From an uncultured Gemmatimonadales bacterium (GTDB lineage Bacteria; Gemmatimonadota; Gemmatimonadetes; Gemmatimonadales; GWC2-71-9), in contig CAVZZO010000003.1 in the NCBI GenBank assembly GCA_963779755.1, forward strand, positions 1,664,001 to 1,728,000: a stretch of 64,000 nt of DNA, read 5' to 3'. Shown here in pieces: positions 46,553 to 55,576 of the stretch. The first letter of the stretch is position 1. Each line of letters opens with the position of its first letter. Under the pieces are notes generated by a model. It was not told the origin of the DNA and made no database searches. It saw only the letters and a list, made by a program, of their open reading frames with translations. The position numbers and the translations under genes are program-made.

Positions 46553-47547
46553 GGAACCCGCACCTGCGGTCCCCGGCGGCCCTCCTGCTGCCGCTCGCAC
46601 TGGTGATCGCCTGTCACGGCACGAAGAGCGACGAGCTCCGCGCCTCCGGTACGGTCGAAGCAACCGACGCCCAGCTGGGCTTTGCCGCCGGCGGCCGTAT
46701 CGCCTGGATCGGCCCGCGGGAGGGCGACGCCATCCAGGCGGGCGTCGTACTCGCCACGCTGGATACGGCGCAGGCCGCCGCCCGGCTGGCTCAGGCGCAG
46801 GGCCAGCAGTCGGCGGCGCGTGCCCAGCTGCTGGAGCTGCAGCGGGGCTCGCGGCCCGACGAGGTGGCACAGGCCCGGGCGGCGGAACGGGCGGCGGCGC
46901 GCTCGCGCGACCTGGCCGAACAGGAGCTCGCCCGGGCGCGGCGGCTGGCGGACAGCAACGTGGTGAGCCGGCAGACGCTGGATCAGGCCCAGACGGCCTA
47001 TGAGGTCGCGGCCAGCCGATCCGAGCAGGCCCAGGCGCAGCTGCGCCTGCTGGAGCAGGGGCCGCGGCAGGAGCGTATCGCCTCGCAGCGGGCGCAGGTC
47101 CAGGCGGCGGAGGCCCAGGTTCAGGTGGCGCAGGCCGCGCTCTCGGACATGGTGCTGCGTTCGGCGTTCGACGGGCTGGTCACCGTACGCCACCGGGAGC
47201 CGGGAGAAACCGTCGCGCCGGGCGCGCCGGTGCTCACCATTATCAATCCGGACGACCGCTGGGTGCGGATCTACGTGCCGGAAAACCGGATTGGCGCCGT
47301 GCACCTGGGCGAGCGCGCCACCATCACCTCCGACACCTACCCCGACCGCCAGTTTGCGGGCGAGGTGACTCACGTGGCCAGCGAGGCCGAGTTCACGCCC
47401 CGGAACGTTCAGACCAAGGAGGAACGGGTCAAACTGGTGTACGCCGTCAAGGTGCGGATCGTGGGAGACACGGCCCTGGTGCTCAAGCCGGGGACGCCCG
47501 CGGATGTAGAACTGCAGGAATCCTCTTCCTCCGCTCCTCATTCCTGA
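46549..47547 (+). CDS. HlyD-family membrane fusion protein (YbhG-like)
   Basis: ASGTVEA, coiled coil, AEFTPRNVQT.EER..LVY.VK and LKPG.PAD motifs. Confidence 0.9.
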   Translation: MRNPHLRSPAALLLPLALVIACHGTKSDELRASGTVEATDAQLGFAAGGRIAWIGPREGDAIQAGVVLATLDTAQAAARLAQAQGQQSAARAQLLELQRGSRPDEVAQARAAERAAARSRDLAEQELARARRLADSNVVSRQTLDQAQTAYEVAASRSEQAQAQLRLLEQGPRQERIASQRAQVQAAEAQVQVAQAALSDMVLRSAFDGLVTVRHREPGETVAPGAPVLTIINPDDRWVRIYVPENRIGAVHLGERATITSDTYPDRQFAGEVTHVASEAEFTPRNVQTKEERVKLVYAVKVRIVGDTALVLKPGTPADVELQESSSSAPHS

Positions 47548-47640
47548 TTCCTCATTCCTGATTCCTTATTCCTGATTCCTTATTCCTGATTCCTTATTCC
47601 TGATTCCTTATTCCTGATTCCTTATTCCTGATTCCTTGCT
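47538..47640. repeat. TTCCTGA/TTCCTTA heptamer array (~14 units) within the operon
   Basis: Alternating ttcctga and ttcctta fill the whole intergenic space and include the hlyD stop. Confidence 0.92.
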
Positions 47641-47642
47641 CC

Positions 47643-48566
47643 TTGAACGCCATCTCGCTCCGGGACCTGACCCGCCGCTTCGGCGATCTCACCGCGATAG
47701 ACGGGCTGAGTTTCGACGTGGAGAGCGGAGCGCTGCACGGGCTGGTGGGACCCGACGGCGCCGGCAAGACCACCACGCTGCGGATGCTGGCCGGCGTGCT
47801 CCGCCCCTCCTCGGGCGACGCGCTGGTGGAAGGCATCAGCGTCCGCCGGGACCCCGAGGGAGTGAAGGGTGTGATCGCGTACATGAGCCAGCGGTTCGGG
47901 CTCTACACCGATCTCACGGTGCGGGAGAACATCGATTTCTACGCCGACCTCTACGGCGTAGCGGCGGCGGAACGGCCGGCGCGGCTGGAACGGCTGTACG
48001 GTTTTTCCAATCTGGGCCCCTTCGAACGGCGGCATGCGGGGCAGCTCTCGGGCGGTATGAAGCAGAAGCTCTCGCTCTGCTGCGCCCTGATTCATCAGCC
48101 GCGTGTTCTGCTGCTGGACGAACCCACCTTCGGCGTCGATCCGATCAGCCGGCGTGATCTCTGGCTCATCCTGCATCAGATGGTCGCGGAGGGAGTCACC
48201 ATCCTGGTCTCCACCGCCTACCTGGATGAGGCGGAACGGTGCGACCGGGTGGCGTTGCTGGACCGGGGCCGTCTGCTGGCGCTGGATACGCCGCAGGCGC
48301 TGCAGCGCTCCCTCCCCGGTGTGCTGCTGGAGGCGCGTACCCCCGATCCGCGGCGGGCCGTCCACGCTCTGCGGGGAGTGGCGGGGGTGCGGCGGGTGGC
48401 GCTCTTCGGAACGGTGGTGCACCTCCAGCTGTCCGGGTCCGGCGACCGCCGCGGGGTGGAGGACGCGCTGGCCCGGGCCGGGGTTGCGCCGGTGGAGCTG
48501 CGGCCCATCCTGCCTTCGCTGGAGGACGTGTTCATCGAGCGGGTGGCAGAGGCGGAGGCGGAATGA
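47643..48566 (+). CDS. ABC ATPase (YbhF N-half-like)
   Basis: GPDGAGKTT, LSGGMKQKL and LDEPTFGVDP motifs. Confidence 0.9.
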   Translation: MNAISLRDLTRRFGDLTAIDGLSFDVESGALHGLVGPDGAGKTTTLRMLAGVLRPSSGDALVEGISVRRDPEGVKGVIAYMSQRFGLYTDLTVRENIDFYADLYGVAAAERPARLERLYGFSNLGPFERRHAGQLSGGMKQKLSLCCALIHQPRVLLLDEPTFGVDPISRRDLWLILHQMVAEGVTILVSTAYLDEAERCDRVALLDRGRLLALDTPQALQRSLPGVLLEARTPDPRRAVHALRGVAGVRRVALFGTVVHLQLSGSGDRRGVEDALARAGVAPVELRPILPSLEDVFIERVAEAEAE

Positions 48567-49576
48567 ACGCCGCTGCCAATCGCCCGGGCCGTCAGGCGGA
48601 CGGGCGGCCAGCCCCGGCCACCGCCCCGCCGGATCCGGCCATCGAGGTCAGGGATCTCACCCGCCGCTTCGGCGATTTCGTGGCGGTGGACCACCTGAGC
48701 TTTTCCGTGCCGCGGGGCCGCATTTTCGGCATGCTGGGGCCGAACGGTGCCGGCAAGACCACCGCCATCAAGATGCTGGCCGGGCTGCTGCTGCCGTCGG
48801 AGGGAACGGCGGAAGTCGCGGGTTACGACATCATCCGCCAGGCGGACGACGTGAAGCGCAACCTGGGGTACATGTCCCAGCTGTTCTCCCTCTACCCCGA
48901 TCTCACGGTGAGCGAGAACATCGAGCTGTTCGCCGGGCTCTATGATGTCCGGGGCGAGCGGTTGGCGCGCCGCCGTGCCTGGGTGCTGCGGCTGGCGGGC
49001 CTCGAGCACCAGCGCGACCGGCTCACCGCCGACCTGCCGCTCGGCTGGAAACAGCGGCTGGCGCTGGGATGCGCCGTGCTGCACGAGCCGCCCATTCTCT
49101 TCCTGGACGAGCCGACTTCGGGGGTGGACCCGGTCTCCCGGCGTACCTTCTGGGATCTGATCTACAACCTGGCGGACGGCGGCACCACCGTGCTGGTCAG
49201 CACCCATTACATGGAAGAGGCGGAGTACTGCCACCGGGTGGCCCTGCTCAACCGGGGGCGCTTGGCCGCGCTGGGCACACCCGACGAGCTGCGGCACAGC
49301 ATCGGCCACCCCATCCTGGAACTGGAGACCGACGACGTGCTCCGGTCGGTGAGTCTGCTGGAACACGCCCCGGGCGTGCTGGAAGCCGTGATGTTCGGCC
49401 GCCAGGTCCACGTCACGGTGGAGGATGCGGAGCGCGCCCGGAGCGAGCTGCCCGCCCTGCTGGCGCGGGAAGGAATCGGGGTGAGCGCGGTCGGTGCGGT
49501 GGAGCCGTCGCTGGAGGATGCGGTCGTGGCCCTGATCCGGCGCGCCGGCGGCCCGGCGGGCGAGGACGGGGCGTGA
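48563..49576 (+). CDS. ABC ATPase (YbhF C-half-like)
   Basis: GPNGAGKTT, LPLGWKQRL, LDEPTSGVDP and THYMEEAEYC motifs. Confidence 0.9.
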   Translation: MNAAANRPGRQADGRPAPATAPPDPAIEVRDLTRRFGDFVAVDHLSFSVPRGRIFGMLGPNGAGKTTAIKMLAGLLLPSEGTAEVAGYDIIRQADDVKRNLGYMSQLFSLYPDLTVSENIELFAGLYDVRGERLARRRAWVLRLAGLEHQRDRLTADLPLGWKQRLALGCAVLHEPPILFLDEPTSGVDPVSRRTFWDLIYNLADGGTTVLVSTHYMEEAEYCHRVALLNRGRLAALGTPDELRHSIGHPILELETDDVLRSVSLLEHAPGVLEAVMFGRQVHVTVEDAERARSELPALLAREGIGVSAVGAVEPSLEDAVVALIRRAGGPAGEDGA

Positions 49577-50697
49577 GCGGGCTCTCGCCCCGCCGCCTCT
49601 GGGCGGTCGCCCGCAAGGAGGTCATCCAGCTGCGGCGCGATCCCCGCAGCCTGATCCTGGCCCTGCTGCTTCCGCCGCTGCTGGTGCTGGTCTTCGGCTA
49701 CGCCATCAGCTGGGACGTGCGGGACATTCCGCTGGGCGTCTGGGACCAGGACCAGACGGCCCAGAGCCGCGATCTTGTCGCCGCCTTCCAGCGCTCGGGG
49801 TATTTCGACGTGCTGGCCCGCCCGTCGGGCTACCCGGCCGCCGGCCGTCTGCTCGACCGGGGCAAGGTCCGCATGGTGCTGGTGATTCCTCCGGATTTCT
49901 CCCGGCGGCTGGGCGCCGGCCGCCCCGCCGAGGTCCAGGCACTGGTGGACGGGGGCGACGCCAACACGGCCACCATCGCGCTCAACTACGCGCAGGCGAT
50001 CACCGCCAGCATCTCACCGGCCCTCACGCTGCAAGCGGTTCAGCGTCCGCCGCCCGCCGTGGCGGAGGTGCGGGTCTGGTACAACGAGACGCTGGAGAGC
50101 CGCAACATGATCGTCCCGGGGCTGATCGCGGTCATCATGATGATCATTGCCGCCATGCTCACCTCGCTGACGATCGCCCGGGAATGGGAACGGGGCACCA
50201 TGGAGCAGCTGGCCGCGACGCCGGTGCGGCGGGCAGAGGTCGTCCTGGGGAAGCTGGCGCCCTATCTGCTGCTGGGGCTGTTCGACCTGCTGGTCACCAT
50301 GACCCTGGGCGTCGCCGTCTTCCAGGTCCCCTTCCGGGGCAGTTTCCTGGTGCTGTTCGGGGCCTCGGTGTTCTTCCTCATCGGCTCGCTGGGGCTCGGG
50401 ATGTTCGTCAGCGCGGCCACCCGTTCCCAGCTGCTGGCGACACAGATCAGCATAATCGTCAGCTTCCTGCCGTCGTTTCTGCTGAGCGGTTTCGCCTACG
50501 ACATCGGCACCATGCCGCGGCCGCTCCAGCTGATCACCCTGCTGGTACCGGCGCGCTATTACATCGTGATCATCAAGGGGGTCTTCCTCAAAGGCATCGG
50601 CCCGGGGGCGCTCTGGATCCAGGGGCTGGCCCTCATCCTCTTCGCCGCCGGCGGGGCGATGCTCGCCATCCGGTCGTTCCGCAAGGAGCTGGAGTGA
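49573..50697 (+). CDS. ABC-2 permease (YbhS-like)
   Basis: KEVIQLRRDP and AREWERGTMEQL motifs. Confidence 0.9.
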   Translation: MSGLSPRRLWAVARKEVIQLRRDPRSLILALLLPPLLVLVFGYAISWDVRDIPLGVWDQDQTAQSRDLVAAFQRSGYFDVLARPSGYPAAGRLLDRGKVRMVLVIPPDFSRRLGAGRPAEVQALVDGGDANTATIALNYAQAITASISPALTLQAVQRPPPAVAEVRVWYNETLESRNMIVPGLIAVIMMIIAAMLTSLTIAREWERGTMEQLAATPVRRAEVVLGKLAPYLLLGLFDLLVTMTLGVAVFQVPFRGSFLVLFGASVFFLIGSLGLGMFVSAATRSQLLATQISIIVSFLPSFLLSGFAYDIGTMPRPLQLITLLVPARYYIVIIKGVFLKGIGPGALWIQGLALILFAAGGAMLAIRSFRKELE

Positions 50698-51800
50698 TCA
50701 CCGCGGCCCGGGTGAAGCAACTGGTGCTGAAGGAACTGCGCCAGATGTTCCGCGATCCCCGGATGGCGCGGGTCATCTTCATCGCCCCCATCATCCAGCT
50801 GGTGGTCTTCGGGTATGCCGTGAATACCGACGTCCGGCATACGCCGGTGATCGTTCTGGACCAGGACCAGACCCGGACCAGCCGGGACCTGCTGTCCACC
50901 CTCACCGCGGCGGGCTACTTCCGGATCGTCGCCCGCGCGTCGCGCCCGGCCGACCTCCGCGTCGCGCTGGACCATGGCCGGGCGGTGCTGGCGCTGAACA
51001 TTCCGCCGGGATTCGCGCGCGACCTCCGGCGGGGCGAGGCCCGGGTACAGATCCTGGTGGACGGCACCTCCTCCAATACCGCCAACGTGGCCCAGGGGTA
51101 TGCCGCCAGCATGGTGCAGGCCTGGGGCCGGGAGCGGACGGGGGCCGGCGAACGGCCCGGCATCGTGCTGCAGCCCCGGGTGTGGTATAACCCGGCGCTG
51201 GAGAGCCGGGTGTACAACGTCCCCGCCGTGGCGGGGGTGATCATCATGCTCATGTGCCTGCTGCTTACCGCGCTGTCGGTGGTGCGGGAGCGGGAGATGG
51301 GGACGCTGGAACAGTTGATGGTAAGCCCCCTGCGCCCGGCCGAGCTGATCCTGGGCAAGACCGTCCCGGTGGCACTGGTCGGCCTGGTCGATCTGGCGCT
51401 CATCACCTCGGTCGCCCTGCTCTGGTTCGGCATTCCCTTCCGGGGAAGCGCGGCGCTGCTGCTGGTGGCGAGCGCCACATTCATCGTGGCGGGCCTGGGG
51501 ATGGGCCTGCTCATCTCCACCATCTCTTCCACTCAGCAGGAAGCCTTTATGACCATGTTTCTGGTCTTCCTGCCGATGATGCTCTTCTCCGGGTTCATGT
51601 TCCCTGTCAGCAGCATGCCCCGGGCCATTCAATGGCTCACCCTGGCCAATCCGCTGCGCTATTTCCTGGAGATCATCCGCTCCATTTTCCTCAAGGGCGC
51701 CGGGCTGCCGGTGCTCTGGCCGCGGCTCCTGGTTCTGGCACTCATGGCCGGCGGACTGCTCACGCTGGCGTCGCTGCGATTCCGCAAGCGTACCGTCTGA
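50694..51800 (+). CDS. ABC-2 permease (YbhR-like)
   Basis: KELRQMFRD, VREREMGTLEQL and SGFMFP motifs. Confidence 0.9.
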   Translation: MITAARVKQLVLKELRQMFRDPRMARVIFIAPIIQLVVFGYAVNTDVRHTPVIVLDQDQTRTSRDLLSTLTAAGYFRIVARASRPADLRVALDHGRAVLALNIPPGFARDLRRGEARVQILVDGTSSNTANVAQGYAASMVQAWGRERTGAGERPGIVLQPRVWYNPALESRVYNVPAVAGVIIMLMCLLLTALSVVREREMGTLEQLMVSPLRPAELILGKTVPVALVGLVDLALITSVALLWFGIPFRGSAALLLVASATFIVAGLGMGLLISTISSTQQEAFMTMFLVFLPMMLFSGFMFPVSSMPRAIQWLTLANPLRYFLEIIRSIFLKGAGLPVLWPRLLVLALMAGGLLTLASLRFRKRTV

Positions 51801-51860
51801 GCGCTTGCGCACCCGTCGGGACCGGGATTCTTTCCGAACTCAACTCTTGAGGAGTGTACG

Positions 51861-52292
51861 ATGCCAGCCAGCACTGCATCCGCCACATGGGAAGGCGGAC
51901 TGAAGTCGGGGAAGGGCAAGTTCGAGGCCGGGTCCGGAGCCTTCAGCGGCGCCTATTCCTTTCCCACCAGGTTCGAGGGGGCGAAAGGCACCAACCCGGA
52001 AGAGCTCATCGCCGCCGCCCACGCGAGCTGCCTCAGCATGGCGCTCTCGGCCGGGCTGGAACGGGCCGGAACGGCCCCCACCCGCATCTCGACCACCGCC
52101 ACCTGCACCCTCGAGCCGGCCGAGGGCGGCTTCAGGATCACCCGCATGAAGCTGGCGGTCCGTGGCGTGGTGCCGGGGCTGGACCAGGCCGGCTTCGCCG
52201 AGGCGGCGGAGGGCGCCAAGAACAACTGCCCGGTCTCCAATGCGCTCAAGGGCAACGTGGCCTTCGAGCTGGACGCGAAACTGGAAAGCTGA
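51861..52292 (+). CDS. osmC: OsmC peroxiredoxin
   Basis: WEGGLKSGKG, GTNPEELIAAAHASC and AKNNCPVS motifs. Confidence 0.93.
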   Translation: MPASTASATWEGGLKSGKGKFEAGSGAFSGAYSFPTRFEGAKGTNPEELIAAAHASCLSMALSAGLERAGTAPTRISTTATCTLEPAEGGFRITRMKLAVRGVVPGLDQAGFAEAAEGAKNNCPVSNALKGNVAFELDAKLES

Positions 52293-52347
52293 ACCCCGGG
52301 GCGCGCTACGCGCCCCATTCCGCCGTTCTCCGCCCTCCGGAGGGTTT

Positions 52348-52818
52348 ATGGCGCGCCGCGATCTGTTCACCCGTTTCGCCCGGCGGACTTCGCGTGCCGC
52401 CGGCCACCCGGCCACCTTCGGGGTGGCGGTGGGGATCATCCTGATCTGGGCGGTCACCGGGCCGCTCTTTCGCTATAGTGATTCCTGGCAGCTGGTGATC
52501 AACACCGGCACGACCATCATCACGTTCCTCATGGTGTTCCTGATCCAGAACACCCAGAATCGCGACTCCCAGGCGATGCAGATCAAGCTGGATGAACTGA
52601 TCCGCGCCAGCAAGGGAGCCCATAATGCCATCATCGAGCTGGAGGAGCTGTCGGACAAGCAGCTCGACATGTTCCGGCGGCGCTACCAGGAACTGGCCCG
52701 GCTCGCGCGTGAGGAGCTCCGCCGCGGCAGGAGCGATACCAATCGCCCCCATGTGGCGGCCGAAGACGAACCGGAGTCCGGCCACACCCCCGGGACTCCA
52801 CCCAGAGGAGAATCATGA
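52348..52818 (+). CDS. Low-affinity iron permease (Fet4-like) family protein
   Basis: WQLVINTGTTIITFLMVFLIQNTQNRD..KLDELI. Confidence 0.88.
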   Translation: MARRDLFTRFARRTSRAAGHPATFGVAVGIILIWAVTGPLFRYSDSWQLVINTGTTIITFLMVFLIQNTQNRDSQAMQIKLDELIRASKGAHNAIIELEELSDKQLDMFRRRYQELARLAREELRRGRSDTNRPHVAAEDEPESGHTPGTPPRGES

Positions 52819-53870
52819 CGCAGGAGCTACTGTCGCTGATGCAGCACTGGGACGGCCAGGGCGTGGTCATCAGGTACGACCGGCCGACCGGCACCTGGGT
52901 GTTCATCGCCATGCACAGCTCCCGGCTGGGCATGCCGATCGGCGGTTGCCGCATGAAGGTCTATCCCACGCCGGCCGACGGGCTGCGCGATGCGCTGCGG
53001 CTGGCCCGCGGCATGACCTACAAGCTGGCGGCCGTCGATTTCGAGTTCGGGGGCGGCAAGTCGGTGCTGGCGGTCCCCCGCCTGCTGGAAGGCGCTGAAC
53101 GCGAGGGCCTGCTGCGCCGCTTCGGCCGTCTGCTCGACTCGCTCCACGGCGCCTATGCCACCGGCATCGACCTGGGCACCACCCCGGCGGACATGAAAAT
53201 CCTGGCCCAGGAGACGCGCTGGGTCTTCGTGGGCGACCCGGACACCGGCCACTCCGATCCCGGGCCCTACACCGCCCTCGGCGTATTCCGCTGCATGGAG
53301 GTGGTGGCCGAACGCCTCCGGGACGGCGGCCTGAAGGGGCGCACGGTAGTCCTGCAGGGTGTAGGCGACGTCGGGGCCCGGCTGGCGGAAATGGTGGCAG
53401 ACGCCGGCGCCCGGCTGCGCCTGGCCGACATCGATCGCGACCGCGTGGCCGCGCTGGCCGACCGCCTGGGCGCCGACGTGATCGCGACCGAGACGGTGAA
53501 CCTGACGCCCTGCGATATTCTCGCCCCCTGCGCGGTGGGGGGAACGCTGAACCGGGAAACCATCCCCCGGCTCCAGTGCAGGGCGGTGGTGGGGTCGGCC
53601 AACAATCAACTGGAAGAAGATGCCGATGCCGAACGGCTGCGGGAACGCGGCATCATTTACGCGCCCGACTACATCGTGAACGCGGGCGGGGCCATCGCCT
53701 ACGCCATGATGCACCAGGGCGAACGCAACCAGGAGGCGATCAACGCCCGCATCCGCCGGATCGGCGATTCCCTGGGCGCCATCCTGGACGAGGCGAAGGA
53801 GCGGGGAGAAACGCCGTTGGCCGCCGCCATGCGAAGGGTGGAGGAGAAGCTGGAGAAGGGCGAGGCGTGA
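52815..53870 (+). CDS. Leu/Phe/Val amino acid dehydrogenase
   Basis: GGCRM, LARGMTYK, GGGKSV, APCAVGG, GSANNQL and YAPDYIVNAGG motifs. Confidence 0.9.
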   Translation: MTQELLSLMQHWDGQGVVIRYDRPTGTWVFIAMHSSRLGMPIGGCRMKVYPTPADGLRDALRLARGMTYKLAAVDFEFGGGKSVLAVPRLLEGAEREGLLRRFGRLLDSLHGAYATGIDLGTTPADMKILAQETRWVFVGDPDTGHSDPGPYTALGVFRCMEVVAERLRDGGLKGRTVVLQGVGDVGARLAEMVADAGARLRLADIDRDRVAALADRLGADVIATETVNLTPCDILAPCAVGGTLNRETIPRLQCRAVVGSANNQLEEDADAERLRERGIIYAPDYIVNAGGAIAYAMMHQGERNQEAINARIRRIGDSLGAILDEAKERGETPLAAAMRRVEEKLEKGEA

Positions 53871-53928
53871 GGCAGGGATCAGGCGAAAGGGGAACGGGGA
53901 AAAGGGAACGGGGAACTGGCTCCGGTTC

Positions 53929-54665
53929 CTATTCCCTCTTCCCCATTCCCTGTTCCCGTTCCACTATCGGTTCCAGCACCTTCCAGACGTTCTCCGCCAC
54001 GACCTCCTGGCCGCGGGGCGTGGGGTGAATGCCGTCCGCCTGGTTCAGCGAATCCACCCCGCCCACGCCGGCCAGAAGAAACGGTATCAGCGGCAGGTCG
54101 AACTCGCGCGCGACCTCCGGATAGACCCGGTGAAAACGCCGCTGGTAGCGCGGCCCCATGTTGGTAAGCGCCTCCATGCCGACCAGCACCACCAGGGGAG
54201 GCGGGTTGGCCGCGCGGGCCCGGCGCACGATGGCCTCGAGGTTGGCCTTGAGCGAGTCGGGGTCCAGACCCCGGAGCCCGTCATTGGCGCCGGTTTCCAC
54301 CACCAGGACGGCCATGCTGTCGTGGGAGAGGAGCCAGTCGAGCTGCCGCAGCGAACCGGCCGATGTCTGGCCGCTGACGCCGGCGTTCACCACCCGATAG
54401 CCAAGCCCGGCCGAGTCGATCTTCTGCTGGATCAGGGCGGGATAGGCCTGGTCCGGATCCAGCCCGCGGCCGGCGGTGAGACTGGTGCCGAGGAAGACGA
54501 TGGCGGGCCGGGTGTCAGCGGCGGCAGTGGCAGGGGCCGTCGAATCCGGCTCTGGGGCGCGGTCCCGGGATGTCGAGCAATCCGAGACAGGGCCAGCAAC
54601 AGAAGGAACCGCAGATTACGCCGATTACACAGATGCAGAATCAGACGGGGACCTCGCGCGGGCAT
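53929..54665 (-). pseudogene. tesA: TesA-like arylesterase (SGNH); signal peptide appears to be in a different frame from the catalytic domain
   Basis: Catalytic frame IVFLGTSLTAG..NAGVSG..GANDGLRG..DGIHP is open upstream only to in-frame TAA codons (~54616-54627), with no start codon before the serine motif. A signal-like stretch (MPARG..LRFLLLLAL) lies in the adjacent frame. Confidence 0.55.
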
Positions 54666-54783
54666 GGGGCTGCAAAGGGAGCGATTTAGCGACCGCGATA
54701 CGTCCACTGCAGTCCGAATTCAGGTCCGATACCATTCCCACCATCAGAATCACATCTGCGCAATCTGCGCAATCTGCGGTTCC
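54607..54783. repeat. Nonamer inverted-arm element (same family as 24.6/24.9 kb)
   Basis: AACCGCAGATTACGCCGATTACACAGAT ... ATCTGCGCAATCTGCGCAATCTGCGGTT. Confidence 0.85.
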
Positions 54784-54883
54784 ACCACCTGGAACTCGCC
54801 CCGGGGTCCAGCGGTGTGGGCCAGCTTGGAGGCCCATCCCAGGATATGTTTCCACTCCGCTCAACTCACGAGATTGGAACACC

Positions 54884-55576
54884 GTGGACCATTCTGCCAC
54901 CTTGGCCTGCGAGTCTCTCACCCAGACCTACCGCTCCGGCAATCGCGAGCTGACCGTGCTGCAAGATATCAGCTTCGAGCTCGAGGCCGGCGGCTTTCTG
55001 GCGATTGCCGGCCCGTCGGGCAGCGGCAAGAGCACACTGCTGGGGCTGCTGGCGGGGCTCGACCGGCCTCACGCCGGCCGGGTGGTGCTGGACGGCACCG
55101 ACCTGGGCCGGCTGGACGAGGACGGCCGGGCCCGCCTGCGGCGGGAGAAGGTCGGCTTCGTCTTCCAGTCCTTCCACCTGATCCCCACCCTCACCGCCCG
55201 GGAGAACGTTCAGGTGCCGCTCGAATTGCGGGGCGAGGAGGCACCGCCGCGCGCGCGCGAGCTGCTGGATCGTATGGGCCTGGCCGACCGCGCCGAGCAC
55301 TACCCGCCGCAGCTTTCCGGCGGCGAGCAGCAGCGCGTGGCCATCGCCCGCGCCTTCGCCAACCGCCCGGCCATTCTCTTCGCCGATGAACCGACCGGCA
55401 ACCTCGATACCGCCACCGGCCAGATGGTGATCGATCTGCTGGCAGGGCTCAACCGCGAGCTGGGTACCACGCTGGTGCTGGTGACCCACGATCAGGACCT
55501 GGCGACACGGGCGGGACGCATCATCCGGCTGGCCGACGGCCGGGTCGTGGACGACACGCGGGGCGGGACCGGATGA
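54884..55576 (+). CDS. ABC ATPase (YbbA-like)
   Basis: [18 protein letters not shown] and [10 protein letters not shown] motifs; divergent from tesA as in the tesA/ybbAP locus. Confidence 0.88.
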   Translation: MDHSATLACESLTQTYRSGNRELTVLQDISFELEAGGFLAIAGPSGSGKSTLLGLLAGLDRPHAGRVVLDGTDLGRLDEDGRARLRREKVGFVFQSFHLIPTLTARENVQVPLELRGEEAPPRARELLDRMGLADRAEHYPPQLSGGEQQRVAIARAFANRPAILFADEPTGNLDTATGQMVIDLLAGLNRELGTTLVLVTHDQDLATRAGRIIRLADGRVVDDTRGGTG

